Below, piece after piece: positions 1-13,800 of a DNA stretch of 34,096 nt; within the stretch, counting starts at the first letter, position 1; every line of letters begins with the position of its first letter. A program made the translations under genes and the position numbers. The notes beneath the pieces were generated by a model. That model did not search any database. It had not been told where the DNA came from and saw only the letters and a list, made by a program, of their open reading frames with translations. Source of the stretch: Kipferlia bialata (lineage: Eukaryota); NCBI GenBank assembly GCA_003568945.1, contig BDIP01000071.1:1-34096 (forward strand), read 5' to 3'.

Positions 1-51
1 CCCCGGCCTTCTCGATGCAAACGAGACGCTCTACCCCTGAGCTACGAGCCC
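1..51 (-). tRNA. tRNA-Ala(TGC): tRNA-Ala (anticodon UGC), 3' part cut by window edge
   Basis: Reverse complement reads GGGCTCG TA GCTC-AGGGGTA-GAGC G TCTCG-TT TGC AT-CGAGA AGGCCGGGG: perfect D stem, perfect 5-bp anticodon stem, TGC anticodon, G3 as expected for Ala identity. Confidence 0.93.
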
Positions 52-570
52 GTAGCGTTTGGTCAAAATGAGGGTTGACTGAACCACTGAAGACGTTTTC
101 ATCATATAGGCCAATAGAGGGGTGCTACGCGGTACATGGGGGGGTACATGGGGTTGGGTATGAGCTAAATACCCGGAAATGCAACAGTATTTGTGAACTC
201 GCTTGAGTGTATAGGATATAAGAGCCTCCAATTGTCTATAATTGTGTCATTCAACTCCCACGATAGCTCTGAACTTCCAGCAAATGATATCGATGACGTG
301 TCTCTATTGTTTGGGCGGTACACACGCGTGCTATATGTAAATAGATAAGTATAGAATAACATGATGAAGTACTAAGCTTAGGGTCACAACACAATGCGAC
401 CCATATCTGTAACAGTGATGCAAGGAGGTGAGGGTATGCATTGTCAACCAGCATGTGCTATGACTGAAATAATGCTGGTTGATAATCCACACACCCACAC
501 TATCCCTCCGTCCCCCCTTCCTACCCTCAGACTATGCGTGAGGGGCGTCAATCTCTATGCCTCTACACCC

Positions 571-2184
571 CTAGGCCTTGGGAGCCTTGGGCCTCCTCAT
601 CTTCTGTAGGGCGGGTACTGCCTGTTGCACAGTGGAGGCCTTGCCAGTCTCACCTGGGGTAAGAATATATATATATACATACATGTATAGAGAGATAGTG
701 AGAGAAAGAGACTGATCTGAGACCCCAGGTGGATCTGTGGGCATGTATATATACGAACCCTTGAGTGCAATGAGTATCTCGTAGGGCGGGAACTCCATGC
801 AGAGCCTGTCGGAGTCACTGACGCCCACACACCCTCTGCGTCTCTCTGGCATCCCCACCCTATCTCTCTCCGGCACCATGACAGGTCTGTTCAATGACAC
901 AGATGATAGACCCCCCTCTCTGATCTGTCTGCAGATGTCAAGGGCGCCCAGGATGGCACCGCCCTTGACCCTGGGTGTGAGTGTGCATCGAGATACACTA
1001 TGAATAATGGCACCTGGAATACATATACACACATCCATACCTGTAGTCCACCATTCATCAGGTATAATAATCTATACATACACCAGCATACCTGTAGTCC
1101 ACCATGCCCTCCACCTTGAGTGATGGACTGGCATTGGCCTCAAGGATGTAGGGGCGCAGCTGGGGGTGAGATACTGAATATTGATATATACTAATTCTAA
1201 CATATATATGTGTGTGTGTATTTGTATGTATATACCTGTGATGTCAGGAGGACGTCGAGTCCAAACAGCTCCATGAACCCTCCTCCCACTGGGGCAGACC
1301 CACGCCTCCTGGGGTGAGAGAAGTATATATATATGACGAAACCACATATTACATAGAATGGCTGTTAGTATGTATACCTAGGTGGAGGAGGGTTGTCCTG
1401 CCCCTTGAGCAATAGGACAGAGAGAGTGGCTGCACACACACGCCGGATGTCAGCCCATACACCCTCCCAGACATCCTCCCCTAGCATACCAGCAAGGCCC
1501 TGAGGGTGAGGGGGAGAGACAGGGACAAAGAGACAAGCTCGGCAAGAGTATATATATGTGTGAGAGAGAGTACCATACCTTGAATGTGCCCTTGGTCAGC
1601 AGGTCCTCTGAGTGGGGCCTGTGGGAGGACGCCCCCTCCCCCATCAATCCCCCCATACCCACACCCATGCCCTCTGAGTGCTCTGAGGCAATAGGGGTGG
1701 AGGGCACAGAGGGGTATATCTCGGGGAAGGGGTCGGGTGTCACGTCGTGCTGTGAGGCCACGCCACTCCGTATCAGTGCCTTGCCCCCACCCTTCCCACC
1801 TTTGGCTAGGGATGTGTTAGTGAGGTGGGACCCCATACTATCAGAGGTGGCGTCTCTGCCTAGACCACTGCTGCTGCTGCTGCGGCCGAGGGTCTTGCTC
1901 TTGGCCAAAGGGGTGTATCTCTCTGTGGCCACCCTGACCAGACCCTCCCTCAGTATGTACACGACTAGAGGGGCCACACTCACCACCAGGCAGTACACAC
2001 GAAGGTCAGCCTGGAGTGAGGAGAGGGGGGGGGGGAAGAACACATATAGCAGTCAAGCTAGGATACATCATCAGAGACCCCATTAATATGTATACATATC
2101 CCACCTTGTGTCCCCCCACGGTCAGTGGCTCCCCCAGGTACCGCTGCACAACACTGGGTCTGGAGTATGATATGGACTGGGCAT
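571..2184 (-). CDS. Tubulin-tyrosine ligase-like (TTLL) family enzyme, 3' portion (about 7 exons visible; 5' end missing)
   Basis: Splicing exons 2184-2105, 2010-1579, ~1499-1379, ~1308-1236, ~1160-1093, ~970-759, 653-571 gives VVQRYLGEPLTVGGHK|ADLRVYCLVVSVAPLVVYILREGLVRVATERY...SHLTNTS...VWADIRRV...FMELFGLDVLL..|LRPYILEANASPSL. This matches TTL-domain motifs (QxYI..PL..G.K.DLR.Y, HLTN, FELFGFD.LL, P.LLEVN.SPS). Subfamily not determinable. Confidence 0.92.
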
Positions 2185-2222
2185 CTGGGGGTTAAGAAAT
2201 GTAGTGTATATATAGTATCCAT

Positions 2223-2295
2223 GGGGGGGGGGGGGGGGGGGGGGGGTTGGGGAAAATATATAGTTTCTCTCTCCCCTTTTCCCCCCCCCCCCCCC
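2223..2295. repeat. G homopolymer (2223-2246) and C homopolymer (2281-2295); breakpoint between two 5'-truncated genes
   Basis: Direct reading. The TTLL (-) and LRR (+) genes both run outward from here without visible N-termini. Confidence 0.9.
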
Positions 2296-2333
2296 ATATC
2301 CTGTCCATTTGAATTGAGGGTTCTAATACACAG

Positions 2334-4514
2334 GCATGTGCACTTTACTCGGGAAGAGACGGCGATACGCTTCCCTTCAGACACTCTCACTGGCCCACAA
2401 CAGGTATATCATCTGCATACCTATTCCACATGTGAACAGATCCCGCAATCCAATATCCCAATCTCTCTCTCTCTCTCTCTTTATCAGCCTCTCTCTCTAT
2501 AACACTCACACCAGACTCAGCGGCTCTATTCTGGGTATGCTGTCCCTGGCATATACTAAGAAGAGCAGTGCAGTTTCCAAGCACCACGAGAAGGAGAGAG
2601 AGAGAGAGGAGCAGCGGGAGAGGGACACCGGCGTCTACGTGCTCCCTGCACCCCGAGTCCCTATCCAGCACCTGCTGAGGCTGGACCTCACTGGGAACAG
2701 AATCAGGTGGGCATTGCTACTACAAGGCATTCTTGTTTGTATTGTTCCCCCCCTCCTCTTGGTCGAGTCCACTTATCCCCAGGTCTGTCCCGCCCTTTGT
2801 CCTCCCTGACCTGGAGTATCTGTGCCTGGCCGACAACCCCCTGGGTAGGAAGGGGACGGCACCTGCCTCCGGGGAGACTGCCCCTAGGGTGGCCCCTGGC
2901 AGCGTCAGCACCCTGCCTGGCATCATGCATGCCCTATCGAGGGGGTGTCCGTCGCTGGAGAACCTAGACATAGGTACCTAGGCGTATCGGTTGTCTGTCC
3001 ATCTTTGGACAATCTCCCAGTGTTTGAACCCTACTGTCTAACACACATTGTGAGGCTTCCTCTGTAATCTCACATTCAGGGTCCTGTGGTGTTCGGACCG
3101 TTCCTGACATGGTTACTGCCCACCCCCTATCCAAGTACTATGATACCGATGGGGACACACCCCCACCCTTCCCATCCCTGACGTCACTCGACGTGTCAGG
3201 AAACCCAATTGTAGCCGTGGCTTCTCTTGCCGGCTGTCTGGAGTTCCCTCTTCTGGAGAGGTGGGATATTCTCTCTCTCTCACCCACACACATATACATT
3301 CGTATTTTCCTCATTGTAATATCCACTCTTGGCCGACCCCAGGGTGTACGCCAGACGCACTGTCCTCTCTCACACCCACCCCCTGGACGCATATGCGACA
3401 GGGAGGCATGGCAACAGGGTGGTGTTCCAGATGCAGATGGACTCCCTAAACAGACAGGTGCATGATATGTATTGAGAGACATCATTGATCATCATTGGAC
3501 ACATTCTTCCAATGGTATCTGACACCAGGCAAGGTCTGATCGTGTAGTGTCAGCTGCGGCAAGGGATGCGGTCAAGACTGCCACTCAGCTTCTGTCTCCT
3601 GCAAGGTTAGTCTGGTCTGTTTACTCCAATGGCTATATATATTGATACAATTTCCCCCATTGCATGTATACACATTTCATGTGAACACCCATCTTCATAC
3701 GTCTGAGAACAGTGACTCATACAGGTCTATGCTACGTCAGGGGTCGAGAAAGAGACGAGAAGAGCATGTAGGGGACGTATTGCTGAAGGTACAAGATGAG
3801 GATATATATTCTTATACCGCTGTCTCATAATGTCATTGTGGCTATGTATATTCGGTTGTTGGACACAATTTGTGGTATCTGCGAAATCTTCGTCTCATAT
3901 TTCCACCACCAGGCTAGAGAGCGTGCTCAGTCGATGCTGAACCGACTCAATGCGACAGAGAGCGATGTATCGGTGCCCGCGGAGGATGGGGGTTCCTTCT
4001 TCCTAACCTCCACTAGTATATCCACTGGTATATCCACTGGTATATCCACTGGTATATCAGACACCAGTGTAGCCAGAGGTAGTAGGGCCGGTGACAGTGG
4101 CCTGGGATACGGTGGCACAGTGTCTACCCCAGTCCCCACTGACGGCAAGAAACGGCCCTCCACCCCAGCCTCCATCCGGCCCAAGACTAGGTACTTGGGA
4201 TACTGGGTATTGGTATACACCACTGCTGGGTACTAGTGTGTCCACCTTACTGACCTTCAGGGATCGAAGTGATTTACTTGCTGCCATTGAGGGGCCAATG
4301 ACGGTCCAAGAGCTGCGTGAAATGGATATTGACTGGGATATGTTAGGTACAAGTGCATATATACTGACTGTACTGTATAATCTCTGTCTCACCTCTAGCG
4401 CTTCCCCAAGGTTCCAATTCAACGCTGCAAACACTGTTTGAGGCTCTCCGCTATTCACTTGCGCACCCTCTCACTGTGCACACCCACCACCAGGACCAGT
4501 ATCAGAAGGGATAA
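2334..4514 (+). CDS. Leucine-rich-repeat protein, XRRA1-like, 3' portion (about 10 exons)
   Basis: Spliced frame gives LRRs LQTLSLAHNRL, LLRLDLTGNRI, LEYLCLADNPL, LENLDIG, PPFPSLTSLDVSGNPI...EFPLLER and C-terminal ALRYSLAHPL before TAA 4512-4514. Exon phases join consistently. The XRRA1 resemblance is from recalled motifs, not a search. Confidence 0.75.
4009..4058 (+). repeat. In-frame 12-bp tandem repeat (TCCACTGGTATA x4) encoding STSI/STGI
   Basis: Four adjacent units, the first with one mismatch, inside an exon of the LRR gene. Confidence 0.9.
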
Positions 4515-4724
4515 CCCAATATATGTGTCAAGGTTGAAATATGCCGGTCTCATTTGTATCATCGATTCTTATGCTATATATGGTTGTCGATACGAAGTCA
4601 GATACACTCTCTCTGAATGATATATGGCCAGTATAGAGTATCACTGAATCCAACCCGTCTTTCCAAAGTGTTAATGGACTCGTTTATGGAGCATATATGA
4701 ATGTGAATGCAAAATTAGTATTGA

Positions 4725-4749
4725 TGAATACTGGGCTTCCCAGTATTCA
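4725..4749. other. Perfect 11-bp inverted repeat between convergent gene ends
   Basis: TGAATACTGGG-CTT-CCCAGTATTCA. Confidence 0.6.
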
Positions 4750-4809
4750 AGTATTGGTAACAACTGGCACTTGACGATATGAGAGAGACACATACTGTTC
4801 AGCTCCCTG

Positions 4810-7800
4810 CTAGCAGAAGGCCTTCACCACTTCTTGCTGGACCCAACCAATTGAAGGTAGGTTCTGCCACTGCTCATGTGTCTGGGAACCATCGACAGCC
4901 AGAGACACAGAGAGAGAGTGGCTACCGTAGCCGGCAGGGGTAGTCTCGGAAGAGGTGTAAACACCGGCCATTGCGTCATAGGATGCTACGACAGTGGTGT
5001 CAGTGTCCCACTGTACAGACACTGACTCTGCTGCATAGGTGGCACCCTGACACACACCGCCCAGGAAGACAAACACGTCAGAGATGTCAGATGCCCCATG
5101 TGCAACGGTTGTCAGAGATGGGTGCGGAGCAGGGTCTCCAGCCACTGTGAGAGATAGGTCCAGAGAGATATCAGCACAGTCCGTGGCTAGGACACTGAGT
5201 GTGTATGTCCCAGGGGTGCAGGGAGCCGTGAAGGAGAGTGTGTAGTACCCAGTCGCATGATCCCACTCGGCAACCTCCGAGTAGACTCCATCCACAACCG
5301 TGTAGAGTTCAAACACACCATACACCTCTCTACCGTCACTAGCATAGAGCTCCCCTGTGTCGTGTGATATATACTGACCCGGCCTAGCCGTGAGAGAGGC
5401 TCTATCCATCGCCACAGGGATTAACCGAGACCCATATAGAGCAACCCCCCGACCCGCGTCCACTCCTGCGGACCGGATGTGTACATAGCCATCAGAGGTG
5501 TGAATGGAGACACCAAACGTCCCAGCACCGTTGGGTTGGGGTTTGTGGATTGAAGTCCCTGTAGCAACCAGGTTGGCGCTGGCGTCGTAGGTTGAGACGC
5601 CCCCACTCTCATATCCAAAGTGGTCGTCAGAAATATCTGCTGCAAAGACCTGATCCCCTTCCGTAAGAGAGGGGTAACAATCGAGTTATTATTCACTATA
5701 TAAGTACGTCCTATCTAGATATATCTACAGACAATGCAGAAAGCGACAAATACTTCTGACGATTGAACACATGACTAACCACCACTGTATACAACGCACC
5801 TACTAGGGCGGCCCCTCCTGTGGCAGGGACCGCTGTACTGCCACTTACTAGCGACATGGTCCCATCATCAGCGAGGCCAATGGTAACGAGGTAGATTAGA
5901 TCTCCATTTGGACACGATATTAACACTCTGGCCTCCGACACGGACTCGATAGAGCATCCGGCCTGGCCAAAGTTGATGGAGGATTCTAGGAAAGTGGAAC
6001 CGCTTCCAGAGTCAAACCTCTTGTTAGCACAGACTAGAGAGACAGGCATTTTAGTCAACAGTTCTGTCGGGGAATAGGATGAGGCGCACAACAACACTGT
6101 AATACCTATGCCACGTCAGGATCGCTTGGTCTGTATGGGTAAGGAACATGCTGTGGCCTGACAGAACAGCATCCTGGGTAGGGTTAGTCAGATATCAATA
6201 TGAATTGTATATCCAGTAACCGAGTACGTGCTGATATACCTGCACATTCTCATATGAGGCATCAAGGGACCAAACGCCGCTACTCTGTCTCATCAATAGA
6301 CACGAGTCTGTGGAGTCGCCATTCAGAAGCAGAAACCTGTGATGAGCAAACATGATATCTTGTGAAACATGAGAGTAAACGTCGCGTTGAGCATGCAAGT
6401 GATGGAATTGTCTGGAGTACCAACCTGTTTCCGAACGCACTCGCCCCTCTACCTCCTAGGTGCATGTCAGCCTAGCAGTGAGAAAAGGTTCTGAAGGATA
6501 TAGTCATAAACATAAACATAAGAAGAGTAATAATATACATGGCACAGGACCACCATACGAACCTGTGACATGAATATGACGCCTTGGTCGTCCCATGTAC
6601 CAGGAGCAGAAGGCCACCCGCTATCACAGCTGGGGTAAGCGGAGGTGACAGTACTCAACACACAACCTAGACCATACTCTATCGGAACATGTGACGTTAT
6701 GGACCACTGGACATATGGTGATTACAATACATGGCGTACTAACCTGATATATCCCATCCCAATACCAGAAGAGTCTTCGGAGCACGCCAAAATAGTACAC
6801 CCTGGAGACATCGCTGCGACTGATGTAGCGTCAACGCTAGACTCAACGTGTTTCTCAACATAGGTCTGACTGTCAGAGAACCCATAAGAACGGTATGAAG
6901 TGAAGTCCACAATCACACCTGTGTAGAGCTGTCGAACACATATACAGACACGGTATCTGATGGGCCCTGTACCACAGAGGTCCCCCCTGTGGAGGTCATC
7001 AGTGAGGAGAGAGATGCAGAGTCGGCAGAAGCCCCGTAGAACCCTGTGTGAGATATAGTACAGAATATGTATCAGAATAGAAGGTATAGTGATATTCAAC
7101 TTCGCAGTTCCAAACACTGTCAATTCTGTTGTATCTCACCTGCCAGATGCACCCCTGACTGACCCAGTCCACTGGAGTCTTCGCCGAGTGTCTCTGTGTG
7201 GACTGATTGTCCGTCTAGCAATACAGTCAACACGAACTCTCCCACAGGTGACACCACCACACACACGTGGTCGTCGGTGGCATAGTCATATACACACGGG
7301 ACAGGCACAGCGTGGCCGGTGTCATCGGTGAGGACACTCACGCCACTGTCTATGCGAAGAGTCTCGCCCCCAGCGGTGAGGGCAACCCTCAACACACACC
7401 GAGTGAGGGGCTTTACCACTCCGTCTGAGTGAGTGACCGTGACAGTATCCGGTGAAGGGGTCGGCACCCAGAACTGGATCTCACGGGCGTCATAGGAGCC
7501 AATGCTAGCTGCGAACCCTCCCACCAGGGCCACCTGGGACAGCCGAGTGTCCACGGCACCAAACCAGCCAGTGCGATAGGCACCGGAGGTAGCACGGTCC
7601 GGATATATCAGGGCCCCGCCGTTATTCCCAACAGCAGAGGTAGACCCCCATACCTTCACTAGAGGATATCCCACCATCAAATCACTGCCGGACAGAGACA
7701 GGGAGGATCCAAACAATCCCCCATTGGCGTATGGAGTGGTACCAGCAAGTGCTGACACCTGCGAGGCCTTGTGCACAAACTCTCCCTCCTAAAAATTAGA

Positions 7801-10800
7801 GCATGCTCAACAGATGAGACACATAGACACACGTAAACACTGCTACACATGGATAGAACCACTAATTATCCCCAAACCTCAAGCTGATATACCCACACAG
7901 CCCCGATGTCGTCTGTGTGTGGAGAGTGCACCACTAGCCACCCCGCATCCATATCCAGGGCACTGCCAAATGCTGCCCCGCCGTCTAGTGAGGTACTGGC
8001 AACCCACGTGTTGGTGGCTGAGTCCAGAGCATATACGAGCACCCTCCCATTTCCACTGTTGTTTGTACCAATGGCCAGGATTCTGGTGTAAGTAGAGGGT
8101 CCAACAAACAAATGAGTCACTAGGGGACCGAGTCAACGTATCGTACCCACTATCGATCACAATGCAGTAGACAACCGAACTGGCGACACTGATCTCCTGC
8201 TTGATTGACCAAGTGTACTCTCTGTGGAACAGATACAGACTGGAATCCGTCTGAGCGGCTATCCAGTCACCATCAACAGCGACAATGGACCCGAAATTGG
8301 CAGAACCGGAGGGAACCGGGAGTGACTCTGAAGGTTAGCACCATCTAGAGACTGCAACAGTTACATTATTGGGATCCGTACCTCCGTTCCCAAGAGTACC
8401 ACTGGCCAACACCTCCATCGCCATGACCACATTGGCATCGGGACACCCTAGCACAGCACTGGGGCCGGACACGTCAACAGAGGCTATAGTAGTAGTGACT
8501 CCAGTAATGGTCTCCACACTATAGCTGCCAGTCACACTGTCCCATGTGTATGTGTAGATTTCGCTGTCAGTGGCAGGGTTGGCTACATATACAGCGACAA
8601 CAATACCTGACAGTAAGACTAACAATTCCAGCCCAAATCCAACCAGAGAGAATATGAGAAGATATGTATATATACGAACTCACCACTGTCAGCAGCTAGC
8701 AGAGTGTTGGTCAGGGCGGAGTCGGAGGGTGCGGTGAAAGGGTCACTGGCCACTATCTGTCTGGAAAGATACGGATACTCAACCCCAGAGACAGTGATAC
8801 CGATGGAAAGACTAAGATCGTTGAGGGGACTATCTGCGGACCCAAAGAGCTCCATTGTATAGGAACCAGCCGTCAAAGGGGCAACCAGACTCACACTACA
8901 CTCCCCTCCTGGACTGCAACTAACAGCAAAGTTGCACTCGTTAAAGGTTACATATACTGGAGTGTAGCAGTCCACGATATTAGATATGAGAGCGCCAGAC
9001 CCATCTCGCAGCCGAAGCCTGAGGTCCTGGACCTCCCTGGTGGCCAGGGTCTGGGTGGAAACACTGATAGATGCTGGGATACTCGGAGAGAGAGTGGGAA
9101 GTGTAGAGTGGTACACATATGCACCCCCAACACCCGAGTTCAGACCAGTGTGTCCCACCACAACCCCGTGCTCTCCAAGGGCGACCCAGGCGGGGTTTGA
9201 ACCAGCGGCAGGAGTCAGGCTGGCGACCAGCTCCCAGTGTGCGCTCCAGTCTTGGAATGCGTATACATACACTGCCTCATTGCAGCCAACAGCAACGGTG
9301 GATCCATGCAGTGCCACCCGAACACCCTTTTGGAGCGGAAGGCGCTCCTGCTCCGCCCAAAGGGTACCATCAAATGCATACATGATGACATACAGACAGT
9401 AGCTGAAAGCGTATGTCACAGCACATACACCATGGCCTGCGGACATATCCAGAGATATATCATGGTGTCCCCCATTGTAGTTGAACCGGTAATCAAAGTC
9501 TGGCTGGCTTATATGCCAGTCGGTCTTCGATACATCCCACATCATATGCGAATTCCGGCTAATGTATGCCAGCCAATCACCACTCAGCGACACCTGAGTA
9601 TCAGATGGAGAGCCCCAGGCGTGTAAATGTAGGAAATATATACAACTTACCTTCGCATCATAGCCTGAGGTGCAGGAACCACTGTATGGGGAGGTGACAA
9701 GTATGACCTCGCCCCAGGCACCTGTGTCCGGATCCCTCTCACTGTAGAGTAACTTGTTTTGAGCTGTCATGGCCAGTCGGTCCCCAGATAGACTGAGGTA
9801 ACTGCCTGCACCCACGCCTCCTATGCTAGAGGTGGTAACCACAGTGCCGTTGGCCTCGTCAATGGACCAGACACCACCAGACTGAGTATATACCCACACA
9901 GCCCCTCTGCCATCGGTTCCATCCACCTACGAGTTAGACGCACCGCCTTGAAGAGAGATAGAATCAGAAGGAGTGTCAGTAGCAGTCTCTGTATAAGAAT
10001 ACCTGAGCTCTAGAGGCAGAAATGGCCATGCTGTCCCCAGAGATAGACACCCGGAAACCGAAGAACAGGTTGGTCCCACTGAATACAGCATTGGAAGGGG
10101 GCAGAATCTGGGAATGGTACTGGTATAGCCCGGTAGTGGAGTCCCGCAGGTACATATACACACACCCGGCGTTGGAATTGTTTCTGTAAGTGAGATAATG
10201 ATTCTATCGCTATCAACAACCATGGGGGTATTCAATTCCTCATTGTGCTAGATATCTAACACTGGTATGAACGATGTCATTGGAGAAAGAGATGACTCAC
10301 TTGTATGCTCCGACCGCTAGCCAGTCTCCATCAAGGTCAACACATATGCCAACCTGGGTGAGATGCGAGTGATACGGTAGAGAATGAATAATGGAGAGAG
10401 TATTGCGACACTAAAGTGAACATACCCCATCGACAGTCGTAGAGGGTTCAAGAACCATAGGGGGACTGAACAGGTCTTCTTCGAACCCAACAAGCTCCTC
10501 TGAGTGCTGGGTCCCTGGCACTGATGCATTATAGAGATATAGGGGGCTCGGATGGTTTCTGTCAATGGTCAGTATACCGTCTCCAGTCACAGAGACAAGG
10601 GAATGGCACCCAGCAGTCAGTGTGCTTGGGGTCTGGAGGGAGAGCTGGGGTACCCATGTACTCAGATTGTGACTATACACCGAGACATATGATCCCTGCC
10701 CAAGAGCCAGGGTAGAGCCAAGAATCGAGACACTCAGTCCCCCAACCCCAGGTATATGAGTCTCATGTTGCCATTTGCGACCAGAAAGGACATATACCAC

Positions 10801-13800
10801 AGCATCACTGTCCACGGCAGTACCATCCACAGCTATGGCCAGACGACCAGACGACGCATCCAGACTGACGGAGCAGCTGTAGCTTGAGGCACTGACCCCA
10901 GCGCCAAGGCCATGCTCGATGGCCTGGTACGGGGCTGCTTCCCAGCCTTCGTTAGAGGTAAGATAGAGGTAGAGGTAGTCTGGTGCCATCACCACAACCC
11001 AGTCCCCGCCAGCGGCCACAACCTCCCGTCCAATAGTGAACTGGTCTGTATGGGGCTCTGGCAGCTCTGTGACAGCACCCCAAGACTGGCCCGACAGTGT
11101 CTGAGTGTACACGGCCCCAGCTGCCGCAGCAACCATGGTGGTATTGGAGAGAGCAAGGTTGAGTCCAAAGAAGGTGACACCACCAGACACATCAGTGGGG
11201 AGGGATTGGGTGCTGAATGAGAATCCGGACACCCCCATCTGGAAGAGACTCACTGCCCCGATAAAGTGCTCACCACCCACTTGTGCATTCGGCAGTCCTA
11301 CTGCCACCCAGTTGCCACACACAGCAACACTATAGCCAAACAACAGAATATCCATGGTGGTATAGGAAGAGACGTCAGCTGTCCTAGGTGTCAGCTCCTG
11401 GAATTGATCATAGGAGCCATCTGCCTGTCTTCGGTAGACAATTGTACTGCCCCTCCAGGAGTCAGTCGACGTTGACCCTACAACCATCCACTGACCGTCA
11501 TATCCTATGCTGTATGCATCTGAAATGCTGCTGACTACAAGGGCTGGAGTCTCTGACACCAGAGATATGGAGTCATACATGATCGGTAGGTGGAAGGGGA
11601 ATGCATATACGGCACCACCACCACCACCATTGGTATCTAGCAAAGGAACACCAGCAAATAGGCCCCGTTCTCCCATATGTAGGCTAGAGAGACCCCAAGT
11701 CATCACCAAATCCTGACTCCTCAGCTCCACCCACCCCGACTCCTGACAGTAGTATACTGTGACATCAGAGTCTGTACCCACCGCAAGATAGTCATCGTAC
11801 AGGGACACACCGGAAACACCACTGTGTGGGAGCACTGCCTCCTGAACCCACACTCCACCGGTACTGAGTTGCCATACATGAACATTCACCCCTTCCTCTG
11901 ATGTAGCTGCAACACGGCCCCTTCCACTGTTCATGCAGATGGAGACAGAGAGAGACCCCATGTCCCAAAGAGTCTCAGTCTGGGTAGGAGCATGAAGGTG
12001 CCAGTCAGTGAAGCTCAGTGCGTAGAAGTGGAGGTGTGAGTATGTCACGATGACGGCCCAATCTCCATCCATGGCTATTTGGGGAGGGGTGGTCCCAAGA
12101 ACTGCAGCACTGGGTGGCACTATCTCAACCACTTCTGCCCACCCGTCTGAGTCGTAGTGGGTGTACAAGACACAACCACAACCAGTCAGTAGCATATCAT
12201 TCCCTGAGAGGGATACCTCCATACCAACCAATGAATACTCATTGGAAATGGAAACCTTCTCCTCCTCCTCCCAAGAACCACTGGCATTAAGTGCGTATGT
12301 GAACACTGCTCCAGACGAATGCGTTTGATCCTGAGAGTAAGACCAAGGCAACAGGTTTGAGTAGTACCCACAAAGTGAAATATATATAACAATAGCTTGG
12401 TCGTAGTACCTGTGTCTCATGGATGGCACCAATGGCGATTCTGTTGCCTGAAATGGAAACAGACGACCCAAAGGACAGGTTGCCTGTGCTGGTGGCAGAT
12501 AGGGGGCTGGATAGGGTCTGGACGTGATCGTATGTCCCAGAGGCGTTGGCTTCCAGAATATACACGGTCCCAGAGTCGGTGGTCGTGGCGTTCGCTGAAA
12601 TGACCACAAGAGTACCCTGAGAGTCAACTGCACGACCAAACTCGGCCGCCTCGGCTAGTCCTCCCAAGTCTTCGACGAGATAGGGCTGTGCTGCCACTGT
12701 CTCCCAAGGGGTAGGGGCATCGGTGGGTCCGGAGTACGGCAGAGACACGTTATACACCCAGACGCCACCGGTGGTAGACATGCCATCATATGGGCTGGAG
12801 AGATAGAGGTCGTTCTGGCTGAGCACAAGACCCCCAATACCCCATGTTAGAGCAACACTCTTGTCAGTAAGGTAGTCCCAGTAAGGATACACGGTACTCG
12901 AGTAATCGTAGACCCAGAAGCCATCATCCTCAGCTAAAACAAGATAGTCGCCGTATAGAGCAGCCCTCTTCACATTGGTCCAGTCTGTGACAGCCAGGTC
13001 AGACTCCCAGGCCCAGAGACCGTCAGACAGTGAGTAGGTCACAGGTTGATGGGCGTAAGATCCCACAACTACCCTCCCTCCTCCGCTATGTGCATCCATA
13101 GTGATATAGAACTCCACCGCACCCCACGTATTTGTCTGGGTGTGTGAGGGGACCTTGTACCATCCCGGATAAGTGAGGTCGTAGAAGAAGAGAGCATTGT
13201 AACCAAGGATGACCAGCCAGTTTCCCGACATCGCGAACTCCGTATAGTTCCAGGCGTCAGTGACCTAGACAGTAAGACATCTCATGAGACTAGGATGGGG
13301 ATAACACTTGAGAACACTATACTAACGTACCGGGACTGGGAGCTCAACAACCTCTTGCCAGGCCCCGCCTCTATACGTGGATGCAAAGACACGGGCCGTC
13401 AGACACCCAATTACCATAACATCCCCAGACATTGAGAGCTTACTTCCAAACTGAGTACTTGCCGCAGTGCCAGTGGGTGGTAGCACCTTCGCTTCGTACA
13501 CCCACCCTGCACCAGTAAGGGTGTATGTGTATACAGCACCAACTGCGTCTAGCCCGTCAATAGTCTCAGCAATCGCTGCAACCGCCATCCTGTCTCCAGA
13601 CAAGGCAATAGTATTACCGTAGAGAAGCATAGTTGTTCCTGCACCGTCGTCGTAGGCAATACTCTCAGCAGGGGGTGTCAGGGAAGACGTAAGGACGTAG
13701 GTTCCATCCAGCTCCCGCTCATAAATGAATACAGCACCCCTGTCTGCCACCCCAGTAGCCCCGACTATCATCCACTCCCCATCTGCAGCGAGGGCACTTG

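Noticed and set aside
165..362. Protein-like minus-strand ORF between the TTLL stop and the tRNA
   Set aside because: No recognisable homology and no consistent start or splice model; may be UTR or intergenic.
361..467. ATGATGA ... CTGA, a possible C/D snoRNA
   Set aside because: No terminal stem and no rRNA-complementary guide that I could recognise; such words occur by chance.
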